Origin: Dehalococcoidia bacterium
Lineage (GTDB): Bacteria > Chloroflexota > Dehalococcoidia > DSTF01 > RBG-16-68-14
Assembly: GCA_040882355.1 (NCBI GenBank)
Contig: JBBEBM010000059.1
Span: 1 to 64,000, forward strand
Direction: 5' to 3'
DNA: 64,000 nt
Shown here: positions 1 to 9,405 of the stretch, piece by piece
Numbering within the stretch: position 1 is the first letter of the stretch
Layout: every line of letters starts with the position of its first letter
Notes under the pieces: generated by a model
What the model was told of the DNA's origin: nothing
Database searches by the model: none
Seen by the model: the letters and a program-made list of their open reading frames with translations, nothing else
Translations under genes and position numbers: made by a program

Positions 1-163
1 CGCCACGGAACACGATCAGGACGCCGGCGGCGATGAAGGCGGCGACGACGGCGAGCAGCACGCCGTACTCGGCCAAGGTCTGGCCCTCTTCGTCGGTGAC
101 GCGAGCCTGGAGGTTCTGCCAGCCAGTCAGTACGCGGAGCAGCGCTTCGTTGAGAATACGCAT
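1..163 (-). CDS. flp: Flp family type IVb pilin (3' end runs off window)
   Basis: Not in ORF track. Manual translation from ATG at 163: MRILNEALLRVLTGWQNLQARVTDEEG|QTLAEYGVLLAVVAAFIAAGVLIVFRG..., with the Flp G|xxxxEY prepilin motif and a hydrophobic helix; GGAAGGAG RBS upstream. Confidence 0.9.
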   Translation of the reverse strand, partial: MRILNEALLRVLTGWQNLQARVTDEEGQTLAEYGVLLAVVAAFIAAGVLIVFRG

Positions 164-283
164 TTGGTTGTCTCCTTCCCTCAGGCTCTCGCCCCTGGCG
201 AGGCGCTCTCACGATGGAGTGCGTTCACTGCTATCATCGGCAGGGAGCCGCGGTTCTGGTGCGCGCGCAGGAGACGGCGGCGC

Positions 284-556
284 TTAGGACGGGGAATCGG
301 TGCGCCAACCGAGGTCAGCGGGCGAAGGCCGGCCATTCGGGCGGCCGAGGAGGCGCCGCCGGGTGCGTTCGCGGAAGGCCGGCGAGGGCGCGGTCTGGTC
401 CGGTAGCCTGGGGATGAGGCGGACGATCGCCAGCAGCTCCTCCAGCTCAACGCGGAACTCGGGGTAACGCTCCAGGCAGGCCCGGAGCGAGGCCTCGCCT
501 TGGTGCTGGGCGTCCAGGCAGTTCGCGAGCGCCTCAATCAAGGCGGCTTCAGCCAT
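284..556 (-). CDS. short anti-sigma-factor-like protein
   Basis: Overlaps the ECF sigma stop; LxxCL...CLERYP...ELxxLL...PSPAFR pattern typical of N-termini encoded downstream of ECF sigmas. Confidence 0.6.
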   Translation of the reverse strand: MAEAALIEALANCLDAQHQGEASLRACLERYPEFRVELEELLAIVRLIPRLPDQTAPSPAFRERTRRRLLGRPNGRPSPADLGWRTDSPS

Positions 557-1133
557 TGGCGGCCACCCCCTGTGATTCCTCGCGCTGCATCTGCTTGCGC
601 AGGGCGTTCAGGGCGCGGTGCTGAATTACGCGCACCGCTGCGACGCTCTTACCTACGATCTCCGCGACCTCCCGATAGTCCAGATCTTCTACAAAACGTA
701 GAATGATGACCTGGCGTTGCTCATCTCGGAGGCCCAATATCGCCTCCCGGACTCGTTCGCCCTCCAGTTGCTGCTGGACGGCCTCTTCCGGGTTGCGTTG
801 GCTGCCGTGGTCCACCAGGGTCTCCGGCAGTTGGGCGCCTTCCTTGCGAGATCGCAGGTAGCTGACGCCAAGGTTGTGAGCGATGCGCAGGAGCCAGGAA
901 ACGAAGGGAGCGCCGCGAATCTCGTAGCGTTCGATAGCTTCCCAGGCCTGAAGAAAGGCCTGGGCGGCTAGGTCTTCGGCTTCGGCGGCGTTGCCCACCA
1001 TGTAGTAGATATGGCGGTAGACGCGGACGACGTGACGGTCGTAGAGGGCGCCGAAGGCTTCGCGGTCGCGGCCAATGGCGCGGGTCACGAGCGTCCGTTC
1101 ATCCAGTTCCTGCAGGGCGGGGGCTTCGAGCAT
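549..1133 (-). CDS. ECF RNA polymerase sigma-70 factor
   Basis: Region 2 (AEDLAAQAFLQAW, FVSWLLRIAHN) and region 4 (QRQVIILRF..LDYREVAEIVGKSVAAVRVIQHRAL). Confidence 0.93.
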   Translation of the reverse strand: MLEAPALQELDERTLVTRAIGRDREAFGALYDRHVVRVYRHIYYMVGNAAEAEDLAAQAFLQAWEAIERYEIRGAPFVSWLLRIAHNLGVSYLRSRKEGAQLPETLVDHGSQRNPEEAVQQQLEGERVREAILGLRDEQRQVIILRFVEDLDYREVAEIVGKSVAAVRVIQHRALNALRKQMQREESQGVAANG

Positions 1134-1264
1134 TTGTTCGCGTCATCCTTGCCTGGGGCGAGACCCCGGGGTCCCGCGGCTGGTCACAAAGAAGGGCCTG
1201 GCGTCAGAGCGTTCTGCATGCAGGATCGGCACCATGGAAGCGATGCTGGAGTGGCGCTCCAGCG

Positions 1265-3661
1265 TTATTCGTCGCCTTGCGGCAGCGATTGCCACGGCGG
1301 CCTGGGCACGCGGTTACCGCCGTCGTCGCGCTTTGCCGGCCTCTCAGGCGGCCTGAACGGCTCCGGCGCGGGGTGGCCGAACGCTGGCTGCCCCGGGTTT
1401 GGCGGCTGTTCCTCGGCCGGTTCGGGCTGGGCCGGAACGGTATTGGTTGGATGCCCGTCCGGGACGTCTGGCTGCGCTGGCAGCGGGCTGTACATCGGGT
1501 CCGGGCGGTCTTGCTGGCCGGCACTCGCCTTCGGTGGTTCGCCCCCCAACGGCGAACCGGGCTGGGGCGGCGGTGGGCTGTACCACTGCAACGCAGGCTG
1601 TTCTGGCGGTGTTGGGGCGGTTATCGGTGGCTCGCCCGAAAAGGGGTCGGGGTGGGCCTGAGCCGTGCTCTGCCCGGGCGCCTGCGGCGCGTACTCCGGC
1701 GGCTGAGGCGTGTACTCCGGCCGCTGAGCCTGACCGGCGGGGAAGGGCTGGCCTTGGAGCGGCGCCTGGCTGATGGGATAGGGCAGGACCTGAGGCGACG
1801 GCTGGTCCGGCAACTGACCCGGGTACTCCGGACGCTCAGCCGGCTGCGGGTCAGGCTGGGCCGCGGGATCTCGCAGGATGTTGGGTATTGCGGGCGTCGA
1901 GTCCGCGCCTTCGGCCAGCAGCTCGAAGCGGAAGGTGCAGGGTCCGATCGGGAACGTGTCCCCGGCATTGAGGATCGCCCAATTTCCTCCGGTGGAGCCG
2001 GTGACGGTGAGGCGGCTCACCTCATGCACCATGAGGTGACCTTCGCGAATCCAGACACGCGCGAGCTCGGGTGGGGTCTCTTCGCCGCCTATCTCTTCCG
2101 GGAGGCGCACCACGCAGCGATGGCCGGAGCCGATGGCTGCGGGAGCGTCGCTGATGGAGAAGGACTGCCCCTGAAGGGGCCCCGACACGACGATCAGGCG
2201 GCCCAAGGGATCCTCAGGCACCACGGGCTGAGGGGGAGCTGGGTCATCGGGCCAGCGCAGAGGCTTACCTTCGAAGGCATGCAGGCGTCGCGGATCGATG
2301 GGCACAGGCGCCAGCGGTCCGGCGAGGCGACTGCCGGTGCGCGGGCCGCGGCGCCGCTTCAGAAGGCGCAGGCCGAGCCAGCCCGCCACCGCAACGATGA
2401 CGGCGATGACGGCTCCCCCGAGCAGCTTCAGTTTGGAGCTGAGGCCGCCGGCTGCCGGGCCGGTGCTGATCGCGATCTCGGTTGCGGTGGTCGCGCCGGA
2501 GCCTGTCGTGACGCTCACCGCGAGGGCGTGATTCCCGTCTTCAAGGGTGGTCGGGTCGATGTTGAACTGGTATGGGGGCGTGGTGAGCTCTCGCACCTGC
2601 TGCCCGTCGATCGAGACGACGACGGAGGTGACTGGTTCCGGTGATGCGACGTGAGCCGTGACGCTGAGGGCGCCTGCCAGCCGGTCGCCGGCGTTCACGC
2701 CGTCCAGGACCACGCAGAGCTGAGGGCAGAGCGTGCGTTCGCCGCTGCCGGTCCTTTCGCCCGCGATCACGTCGACGACGATCGCTGTCGGTTGGTCCGC
2801 CTCGAGCTCGAGGGCGGTCGCGTCCAGGGTGAGGATGTACTGGCCGCGCAGCAGCTCGCTGACGGACTGATAGAGGAGGGTGAGTCCTTCAGGAGTCGGC
2901 GTCTCGGCGAACTGCCCGCCGCTTGCGTCCGCCAGCTCGTTCAAGTACGCCCGGTCGAGCTCCGTGCCCAGCCCGATGACGAAGACCGGCACGCCCGTCG
3001 TGCCCACGTCGGCGAGCCCGTCCTCGCGGGAGACCTGGCTACCGAAGTCGAGCCCGTCGCTCAGGAGGACCACGGCGCGCCGCGTGCCGCCCGAGGCGGC
3101 GGCGATGCTGGTGCTGTCAACCGTGGCCTGGTAGAGCGTGGTGGCGCCGTCGGCCACGAGCGTGTCGATCGCTGCGGCGGCCGCGGCCTTGTCTTGCGTG
3201 AAAGGCAGCACCGTCTGCACGCCGGTCGAGAACTTGACGATGGCGACCGAGTCCTGCGGCCTGAGACCCTGCAGGAACTGCTTGGCGGCCGCCTTCGCCT
3301 GCTCAAGGAAGGCGCCTTGCATGCTGCTGCTGGTGTCCAGGGTTAGCACGATGCTGATCCCAAGCTCACTGTTGACGCCCTGCGTGACGCTGGTGAGCGG
3401 CACATCGGTCCCGTTCACGCGCGCGTGGAAGTTGTCCTGAGTAAGACCCGATAGGGGACGCTCGTCCTGGTCCAGGGCAGTGACGACGGCCTGAGCGGAC
3501 CCGTCCTGGGCGGCGGCGAAGTTCACTACGTCTACAGTGAGCGAATCTTCTTGAGCTGAGACGATCCTGGTTGTGAGCAGCACGGCCGCCAGGACCAGGC
3601 CCAGGCGCGTCAGCGCGGCCCACCCGGACGGGCGTTGCCGGATTCCTTGCTGTTGTAACAC
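1265..3661 (-). CDS. membrane protein: signal peptide, VWA domain, Ig-like domain, TM, FHA-like domain, Pro-rich tail
   Basis: MIDAS DTSSSM, GATTLY, LLSDG; Ig-like VVVSIDGQQV..PPYQF; TM followed by KRRR; FHA-like GRLIVVSGPLQGQSF...LNAGDTFPIGPCTFRF. Confidence 0.8.
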   Translation of the reverse strand: MLQQQGIRQRPSGWAALTRLGLVLAAVLLTTRIVSAQEDSLTVDVVNFAAAQDGSAQAVVTALDQDERPLSGLTQDNFHARVNGTDVPLTSVTQGVNSELGISIVLTLDTSSSMQGAFLEQAKAAAKQFLQGLRPQDSVAIVKFSTGVQTVLPFTQDKAAAAAAIDTLVADGATTLYQATVDSTSIAAASGGTRRAVVLLSDGLDFGSQVSREDGLADVGTTGVPVFVIGLGTELDRAYLNELADASGGQFAETPTPEGLTLLYQSVSELLRGQYILTLDATALELEADQPTAIVVDVIAGERTGSGERTLCPQLCVVLDGVNAGDRLAGALSVTAHVASPEPVTSVVVSIDGQQVRELTTPPYQFNIDPTTLEDGNHALAVSVTTGSGATTATEIAISTGPAAGGLSSKLKLLGGAVIAVIVAVAGWLGLRLLKRRRGPRTGSRLAGPLAPVPIDPRRLHAFEGKPLRWPDDPAPPQPVVPEDPLGRLIVVSGPLQGQSFSISDAPAAIGSGHRCVVRLPEEIGGEETPPELARVWIREGHLMVHEVSRLTVTGSTGGNWAILNAGDTFPIGPCTFRFELLAEGADSTPAIPNILRDPAAQPDPQPAERPEYPGQLPDQPSPQVLPYPISQAPLQGQPFPAGQAQRPEYTPQPPEYAPQAPGQSTAQAHPDPFSGEPPITAPTPPEQPALQWYSPPPPQPGSPLGGEPPKASAGQQDRPDPMYSPLPAQPDVPDGHPTNTVPAQPEPAEEQPPNPGQPAFGHPAPEPFRPPERPAKRDDGGNRVPRPPWQSLPQGDE

Positions 3662-4049
3662 CGCGAACGACCCTCCCGTTTAATCAGACGAAATCGTCTG
3701 TGACCCTCTTGACAGGAAGATGCTTCCTGTGGCAGAATTCGGCGCGACCCGACAGATGCGGCGCAGACCGCACGCTGGTTGGCTGCCGGGTCAGGCATCC
3801 AAAGGTAGTATCGGACGGACGACGCGACCGTTCAGGGCAAGGACGCCCGGACTTGGAGTTTCGCCACCGGCGCCAGGAGGGCGCGCTAGCGCGCGGACGA
3901 GGCGCCCAAGCGGGGAGCCTCCCATTTTCTGGGCGATCCACAGTCCAACCTTCGGGACGGGCTGCGAGATCGGGCTACGGGCCCAGGGGATGCGCGTTCA
4001 GGAGGCGGGGCCTGGCTAGCATCTCCTGGCCCCTCTCACAACCGAATAG

Positions 4050-4183
4050 CCTCCGAAAGGGCGCGGCGCGGGTAATCGCGCCAGGCCAAATGGCCCCCCG
4101 CGGTGCGCGGGGCGCAAAGCTCCGGGTCCACCCCAGCTTTGGGGAGGGCGGCCGAGCTGCCGAAGAGGGAATCGTTTCGGAGG
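4050..4183 (+). ncRNA. candidate c-di-GMP-I (GEMM-I)-like riboswitch aptamer, atypical
   Basis: GNRA-capped stem GGCGCGG-GTAA-TCGCGCC, then GGCGCAAAGC-TCCGGGTCC-(hairpin)-GGCGGCCGAGCTGCCGAA resembling the GEMM-I 3' half; enclosed by CCTCCGAAA/TTTCGGAGG. Confidence 0.55.
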
Positions 4184-4188
4184 TCTTC

Positions 4189-4224
4189 AGTCGCCGCCTT
4201 CGCGCTGGAGCCGGCGGCTTTTTC
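4189..4224 (+). terminator. intrinsic terminator in the 5' leader (putative expression platform)
   Basis: AGTCGCCG...CGGCGGCT stem followed by a T-run, just upstream of the GAGGAG RBS and ATG at 4241. Confidence 0.7.
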
Positions 4225-4240
4225 TATTGAGGAGTCTTCG

Positions 4241-4573
4241 ATGAGGGAACTGGTCAGGCGATCGATCTTCGTCACGCTCCTGCTGGGCATCGCCCTGGGC
4301 GCCCTGACGTTCTGGCTACCCGCAGCGAGGCCGGCGATGAGCGAGACGCCGTCGGCGGCCCTGGCGGCGCAGCCCACGCCCACCTACATATCCGAGCTGG
4401 CCCCGGCCGTCAGCATCGCGCCCCGCCCGGCCGCCGCGCTGCCCGCTACCGGCGGCGTCGACGGTATTCGCGGCGTGGTTCCCACGTCCAAGATTGCCGG
4501 GCTGGCGCTGGCTCTCGCGGGCCTGGCCCTGATCCACGCTGGCCTTCGCCTGGGCCCCGGACGCGCCGCATAG
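4241..4573 (+). CDS. small secreted protein with LPXTG-like (LPATG) sorting signal
   Basis: N-terminal signal/TM, LPATG, C-terminal hydrophobic segment and Arg-containing tail; start moved to ATG 4241 (GAGGAG RBS). Confidence 0.7.
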   Translation: MRELVRRSIFVTLLLGIALGALTFWLPAARPAMSETPSAALAAQPTPTYISELAPAVSIAPRPAAALPATGGVDGIRGVVPTSKIAGLALALAGLALIHAGLRLGPGRAA

Positions 4574-4652
4574 CCTCCGTTCCAGCTACTGCCCGCTTCT
4601 GCCGATATTCTCCGTGAGGCCTTGCCGGGGGGACGGCCTCCCGGAGGTACTC

Positions 4653-5060
4653 GTGTCCCATCCGTTCGCGACGTTGCTGAAGCGTCGATCGTTCCGCGCC
4701 GACGTGCGGCGGGCGCTGGAGGGCGGCATCGGCCTCTATCACACGACCTGGCGGATCGACCGGAGCGCCGTCGATCTCGCGGACGAGGTGGTCGATTGGT
4801 GCCGCCAGATGCTCGCCCAGATGCGCCGCCCCTACGGCCTGGACTACGTGACGCTGGCGGTTGCGTTGCTGGATGCCGAAGGCGAACGAGGGGCGAGCGC
4901 GACGTACGATGCGTTTCGACCGGTCGATTTCTACGATGCGAGCAAGGTGGAGGTCCAGGTGCGCGAAACGCTGCGCTCCTGGCCACCCGGCGACCGGCTC
5001 TCGGCGGTGCTGTTCAGTTGGGGCGATCTGACTCGCGAGCTCTTGACGGAGGAGATCTAG
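4653..5060 (+). CDS. hypothetical protein
   Basis: GGAGG RBS before GTG 4653; high GC3 codon usage. Confidence 0.7.
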   Translation: MSHPFATLLKRRSFRADVRRALEGGIGLYHTTWRIDRSAVDLADEVVDWCRQMLAQMRRPYGLDYVTLAVALLDAEGERGASATYDAFRPVDFYDASKVEVQVRETLRSWPPGDRLSAVLFSWGDLTRELLTEEI

Positions 5061-5125
5061 CGAGAACAAGGCCGATAACAAAACTACCGCCACTGTTTGG
5101 ACGAAGATGTCTTTAGAGGTGAGTT

Positions 5126-6496
5126 ATGACGACTGAGACCATGCCCGTAATTACCCGTCTGGAGGCGCCCGAGGACGAAGGTCCGATGTCTCCCTTCGTC
5201 TCGCAGGCGAACACGATCGAGGAGACCGGCCTGGACCTGTCGCTGCTCGTCGACATGGCTGTGAAGTCGACGTACTTTACGGGCCGGCCCACGGGCCGTC
5301 AGCTCGCGGCGCACCTGGCCCTGGCGTACTCGGTGGTCGAGGAGCTGATCGCCTTCCTGCGCCAGGCCCAGGCGCTGGAGATCGTGGGCAGCTCCGGCAT
5401 GGGCGAGCAGGGCTATCAGTACGCGCTGACGGCCCGCGGCGTCCAGAAGGCGGAAGAGGCGCTGGAACGCAATCAGTACGTGGGCCCGGCGCCCGTGCCC
5501 TTCGATCAGTACGTGAAGATCGTGAAGGAGCAGGCGGTGAGCACAATCGAGATCGACCGCGACAAATTCCTGGACGGCCTCTCGCACCTGGTGCTGAGCC
5601 GTCGCGTGCTGGCTGCGCTTGGCCCGGCGATCAACTCGGCGCGTTCGCTGATGGTGTACGGCGGCGCGGGCAACGGCAAGAGCACGATTACGACGGCTGT
5701 GGGCAAGATGCTGCCCGGCCTGGTGCTCATCCCGCACGCCGTGGAGGTGCACGGACAGATCATCAAGGTGTTCGACCCGCGTCTCCACCAGCAGGAGCTG
5801 GACGATATTGCGGACGACGACCGCCGCCAGAGCATCCTCTCCTCGCAGTCCGAGAGCCGGGAGCGCCGACGCGACAAGCGCTGGGTGGTCTGCCGGCGCC
5901 CGCTGGTGACGATTGGCGGCGAGCTGGTGCTGGAGGACCTGGAGCTGCGTTACTCGCCCGTTTCCAAGTTCTATGTGGCGCCGTTGCAGTGGAAGGCGAA
6001 CTGCGGCGTGCTGGTGGTCGACGACTTTGGCCGGCAGCGGATCGCGCCGCAAGACCTGCTCAACCGCTGGATCGTACCGATGGAGCAGGGCGTGGACCAC
6101 CTCTCGCTCCATTCAGGCGATACGCTGGAGCTCCCCTTCGAGGTGCTACTGATCTTCTCGACGAACATCGCGCCGGCGATGCTGGGCGACGAGGCGTTCT
6201 TCCGTCGCATCCGGCACAAGGTGGAGATCCCGAACCCGGACGAGGACGAGTTCCTGCAGATCCTGCGCCGCGTGTGCGACCAGAAGCACGTGCAGTACGC
6301 GGACGAGGGCGCCCGCTACCTGATAGAGACGTTCTATTACGGGCAGAGCCGCGACTTCAAGGGCTGCCACCCCCGCGACATCATCGACCTGCTGCTGGAC
6401 ATGACCCGTTTCTACGACGAGGAGCCGAAGCTGGCTTCGGAATGGATTGACCTGGCCTGCACGTCCTACTTCGTGGACGCTGAAGAGGCGAACTAG
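5126..6496 (+). CDS. AAA+ family ATPase of the type associated with Flp/Tad pilus loci
   Basis: Walker A GGAGNGKS, Walker B LVVDDFGRQ, LLNRWIVP, FSTN, DEAFFRRI, CHPRD. Confidence 0.85.
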   Translation: MTTETMPVITRLEAPEDEGPMSPFVSQANTIEETGLDLSLLVDMAVKSTYFTGRPTGRQLAAHLALAYSVVEELIAFLRQAQALEIVGSSGMGEQGYQYALTARGVQKAEEALERNQYVGPAPVPFDQYVKIVKEQAVSTIEIDRDKFLDGLSHLVLSRRVLAALGPAINSARSLMVYGGAGNGKSTITTAVGKMLPGLVLIPHAVEVHGQIIKVFDPRLHQQELDDIADDDRRQSILSSQSESRERRRDKRWVVCRRPLVTIGGELVLEDLELRYSPVSKFYVAPLQWKANCGVLVVDDFGRQRIAPQDLLNRWIVPMEQGVDHLSLHSGDTLELPFEVLLIFSTNIAPAMLGDEAFFRRIRHKVEIPNPDEDEFLQILRRVCDQKHVQYADEGARYLIETFYYGQSRDFKGCHPRDIIDLLLDMTRFYDEEPKLASEWIDLACTSYFVDAEEAN

Positions 6497-6517
6497 CACC
6501 AACCCTTCACTGAGGAG

Positions 6518-6557
6518 ACAGCAGAGCCCCGGGGCGAACGCCACGGGGCTCTGCTGT
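6518..6557. terminator. 14-bp stem hairpin downstream of the ATPase gene
   Basis: ACAGCAGAGCCCCG...CGGGGCTCTGCTGT inverted repeat. Confidence 0.7.
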
Positions 6558-6620
6558 GCGCCCGGCTCGCGTTCGCGGCGGCGCCGCCATGCCGTTGTGC
6601 GACGGTGGTAGGATGGCTTC

Positions 6621-7436
6621 GTGACGATCAAGGTCGTGCGCAGCGACGACCCGGGCTGGGTCCTGGAACACGGCGCGACGTTTCTCAACGCGGAGCCGGT
6701 GCTCCACAACGTCATCCTCACGCTCCTGCACGAGCGCGAAGCGCATGGCGAGCCCGGTCGCTACTGGCTGGCGACGGAGGCCGGGGCACCGGCCGGCCTG
6801 GTCTTCCAGTCGCCGCTCACGTTCTTCGCGAGCCTCGCCTGCATGACGCCGGAGGTGATCGAGGCGATGGTGGATGCGATCTCGGAGGAAGGCGTCGCGC
6901 TGCCGGGCGTGATCGGCGAGGCGGCGACCGCGGCGCGGTTCGCGGGTCAGTGGACCGAGCGCCGCAAGTCGGCCGCAAGGCCGCTCGACGGGCAGCGCGT
7001 CTACGAGATCGAAAACGTCGCGGAGGGGGCGCTGGTGTCAGGGCAATTTCGCAAGGGGCTCCGCGAGAACCGGGACCTCATCGTCTCGTGGCTGCGCGAG
7101 TTCCAGGAGGAGGTTGGCGAGGGGGGCGGCAGCGACCCCGAGCTGATCGTGGACCGCCGGCAGTACTGGCTGTGGGATGACGGCAGGCCTGTCTCGATGG
7201 CTGGCAGCACGGAGCCGGTGGAGGGTGTCGCGCGGGTGCAGGCGGTCTACACGCCGCCCGCGAATCGCAACCGCGGCTACGCCGGCGCCTGCGTCGGCGA
7301 GCTATCGAGGCTGATGCTGGAGGGCGGGCGCCGGTGCATGCTCTACACCGACCTGGGCAACCCCGTATCGAACTCGATCTACCGCCGCATCGGCTACCGG
7401 GCCGTCGCCGAGGTCCTCCGCTACCGGTTCGAGTAG
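6621..7436 (+). CDS. GNAT family N-acetyltransferase
   Basis: VYTPPANRNRGYAG and LYTDLGNPVSNSIYRRIGY motifs. Confidence 0.9.
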   Translation: MTIKVVRSDDPGWVLEHGATFLNAEPVLHNVILTLLHEREAHGEPGRYWLATEAGAPAGLVFQSPLTFFASLACMTPEVIEAMVDAISEEGVALPGVIGEAATAARFAGQWTERRKSAARPLDGQRVYEIENVAEGALVSGQFRKGLRENRDLIVSWLREFQEEVGEGGGSDPELIVDRRQYWLWDDGRPVSMAGSTEPVEGVARVQAVYTPPANRNRGYAGACVGELSRLMLEGGRRCMLYTDLGNPVSNSIYRRIGYRAVAEVLRYRFE

Positions 7437-7535
7437 CCAGCGCTCACGTCGAGGAGGCGTTTCCTGCACTCTCCGCCGCACACAGAGGCGATGGAGCGGG
7501 CGCCGGGTGCGGGAGGTTAGCAGGCTGTGACATCG

Positions 7536-8072
7536 CTACTCCCACGAGCGTTGCGCTTCGAAGCTTGCCTCCGTCTCTGCGAGCACGTCAGACCAATCAG
7601 CCCGCAAGGGGACGGTATTGAACTCGGCAATTGCGAAGCGAAGCACCTGTTCGATGGCGATTCGGCCCGTGGGTAGGTGCGCCTTCTGCAGCTCCTCACG
7701 GCCGATGCGAGAACCGGCCAGCAGGTGGAGGTGAGGGAACCTGACGCCGCTGGATGGGTGCCAGTGGTACGCGACAATCTCGTTACCTCCGTATTCTTCG
7801 AGGGCGTAGTAGTAGCCTGCTGTGGACACACGCCAGGGTCCGCGAGTGCCCGCGGCTTCGACAACGCGATAGTGCTGGAAGACCGACAGGGTGATGCGGC
7901 TTGGCCCTTTCAGTCTGACTGGCGCTCCGCCCGCGAGGGTGAGGACGTGCGGCTCGCCGGCTGAGTAGTAGCCGGCCCGTACGTGCAGGACGGCGGCTGT
8001 AACACAGAGGAGAGCCTTCCTGATGGGATCGATGTAGCTCTGAACGGCTTCTGCAGGCGTCGCGCCAGCCAC
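7536..8072 (-). CDS. hypothetical protein with YHWHP..FPHLH His cluster, putative toxin
   Basis: 178 aa, His-rich motif, directly downstream of a 66-aa gene. Confidence 0.6.
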   Translation of the reverse strand: MAGATPAEAVQSYIDPIRKALLCVTAAVLHVRAGYYSAGEPHVLTLAGGAPVRLKGPSRITLSVFQHYRVVEAAGTRGPWRVSTAGYYYALEEYGGNEIVAYHWHPSSGVRFPHLHLLAGSRIGREELQKAHLPTGRIAIEQVLRFAIAEFNTVPLRADWSDVLAETEASFEAQRSWE

Positions 8073-8090
8073 CAGCCTGTCTCGCGCGGG

Positions 8091-8291
8091 CTATGCGCCC
8101 AAAGGGAGAAGCATGGCGACGCGCATTACGTCGGGCTGGTCAGGATCCTCGAACTCGCCAGCATGCCACTTGCGGATGAACTCCTTGCCGGACATGCCCA
8201 GGTAGCGTCGTGCCTGTCGGTCGAGGAGCTTGCGCCCTTCCTCGGCTGTCATTACCTTGAGGCCGTCGTTTCTTCCGTTCTTGGAGATCAT
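8091..8291 (-). CDS. small hypothetical protein, putative antitoxin
   Basis: 66 aa, ARRYLGMSGKEFIRKWHAGEF helical motif reminiscent of small antitoxins. Confidence 0.6.
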   Translation of the reverse strand: MISKNGRNDGLKVMTAEEGRKLLDRQARRYLGMSGKEFIRKWHAGEFEDPDQPDVMRVAMLLPLGA

Positions 8292-8432
8292 CGTAGCTGC
8301 CTTCCGTCCTCGATCTCATTGTCGCCTGATCGAGAAAGGCTGTCAACTCGCCGATGGGCGAGCGGAGATGAACGTTGTTCCGAAAGCCAGGAAGCACGCC
8401 CCGGCTTGGTGACGTGTGACCGGGCTCGCGCC

Positions 8433-9305
8433 CTACGGAGGGCCGGTGAAGACCATCGTGAAGTAGTGCATGCCGCTGCCGTCCACGGCGTAGCCGATGC
8501 CCATGCTGGTGTAGTTGCCGCTGAGGATGTTGGCGCGGTGGCCCGGGCTGTTCATCAGGTCACGGATGGCAACGCTGACAGCCTCGTTGGAGGGGTAGTT
8601 GTTGCGGGCCAGGTTCTCGCCGGCCCAGCCGTAGGGCACGTTGTACTGGTCCATCAGCGTGAAGGCCGTGCTGCCGTTCGGGCTGGTGTGCGAGAAGTAG
8701 TTGTTCGCGGCCATGTCCGCCGACCGGATCTGGGCGACATACGTCACGCAGCCGGACGCGCTCAGCGCTCCCATGCCGTTCTGAGCGCGGGCGCTGTTGG
8801 TGGCGCTGAAGAGCGCCTGCGCCATGCCGTTCATCGAGGCTGACGGGCAGCCTCCCGACGAGGGCGGCGGCGGTGGCGGCGGGTTGTTGTTGTCGTCGTT
8901 CGACGCGGGCGGCGCCGAGGGCGGGTTGTACGAAGGCGCCGGCTGGGGCGTCGGGGTTGGCTGGGGTGTGGGCGTGGGCGTCGGCGTGGGCTGGAAGTCG
9001 GCGACCATGTGCAGCAGCCCGCCGAGGAGCGCGTCCTGGTCGAGCCGGCCGAAGGCGGCGCTGACGCTGAGTGGCGGGTTCTCGTCGGATACGCCCGGGT
9101 CGGTGCCGTCGATCGAGGCGGCAGCGCTGGATGGGGGCTCGTCGCTCCAATCGGTCGCCAGGAAGAAGGCGGAAGCGACGGCGACGAGGGACGCGCCGCC
9201 AGAGATGAGCGCGACGCGCGCCAGGCCCCAGCGGTTCAGGTGGCGGAAGAGGCTGGCCAGCGGGCCGGGGCGCTGCGGCTGTTCAGCTTCGGGCGGTTGC
9301 TCCAC
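8433..9305 (-). CDS. CAP (SCP-like) domain protein with TM and Pro-rich linker
   Basis: NSARAQNG, SADMAANNYFSHTSP, GENLA, MNSPGHRANIL; start moved to GTG 9305 (GGAG RBS). Confidence 0.88.
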   Translation of the reverse strand: MEQPPEAEQPQRPGPLASLFRHLNRWGLARVALISGGASLVAVASAFFLATDWSDEPPSSAAASIDGTDPGVSDENPPLSVSAAFGRLDQDALLGGLLHMVADFQPTPTPTPTPQPTPTPQPAPSYNPPSAPPASNDDNNNPPPPPPPSSGGCPSASMNGMAQALFSATNSARAQNGMGALSASGCVTYVAQIRSADMAANNYFSHTSPNGSTAFTLMDQYNVPYGWAGENLARNNYPSNEAVSVAIRDLMNSPGHRANILSGNYTSMGIGYAVDGSGMHYFTMVFTGPP

Positions 9306-9405
9306 GATACTCCAGGGCCGCCCGGATGTGCGCTCGTCGCGCTTAGGGGCTAACCAGATGAGTATCGACCCCGATGGCGGGAATCTTGAGGCGAGTGCGG
9401 GCGGG

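Noticed and set aside
3700..4230. ORFs spanning the region between the VWA gene and the LPXTG gene
   Set aside because: Low-complexity Arg/Gly/Pro translations; better explained as divergent promoters plus a structured leader RNA
8860..9000. Short tandem repeats (GGCGTG/GGCGTC)
   Set aside because: They encode the PTPTP/poly-Pro linker of the CAP protein
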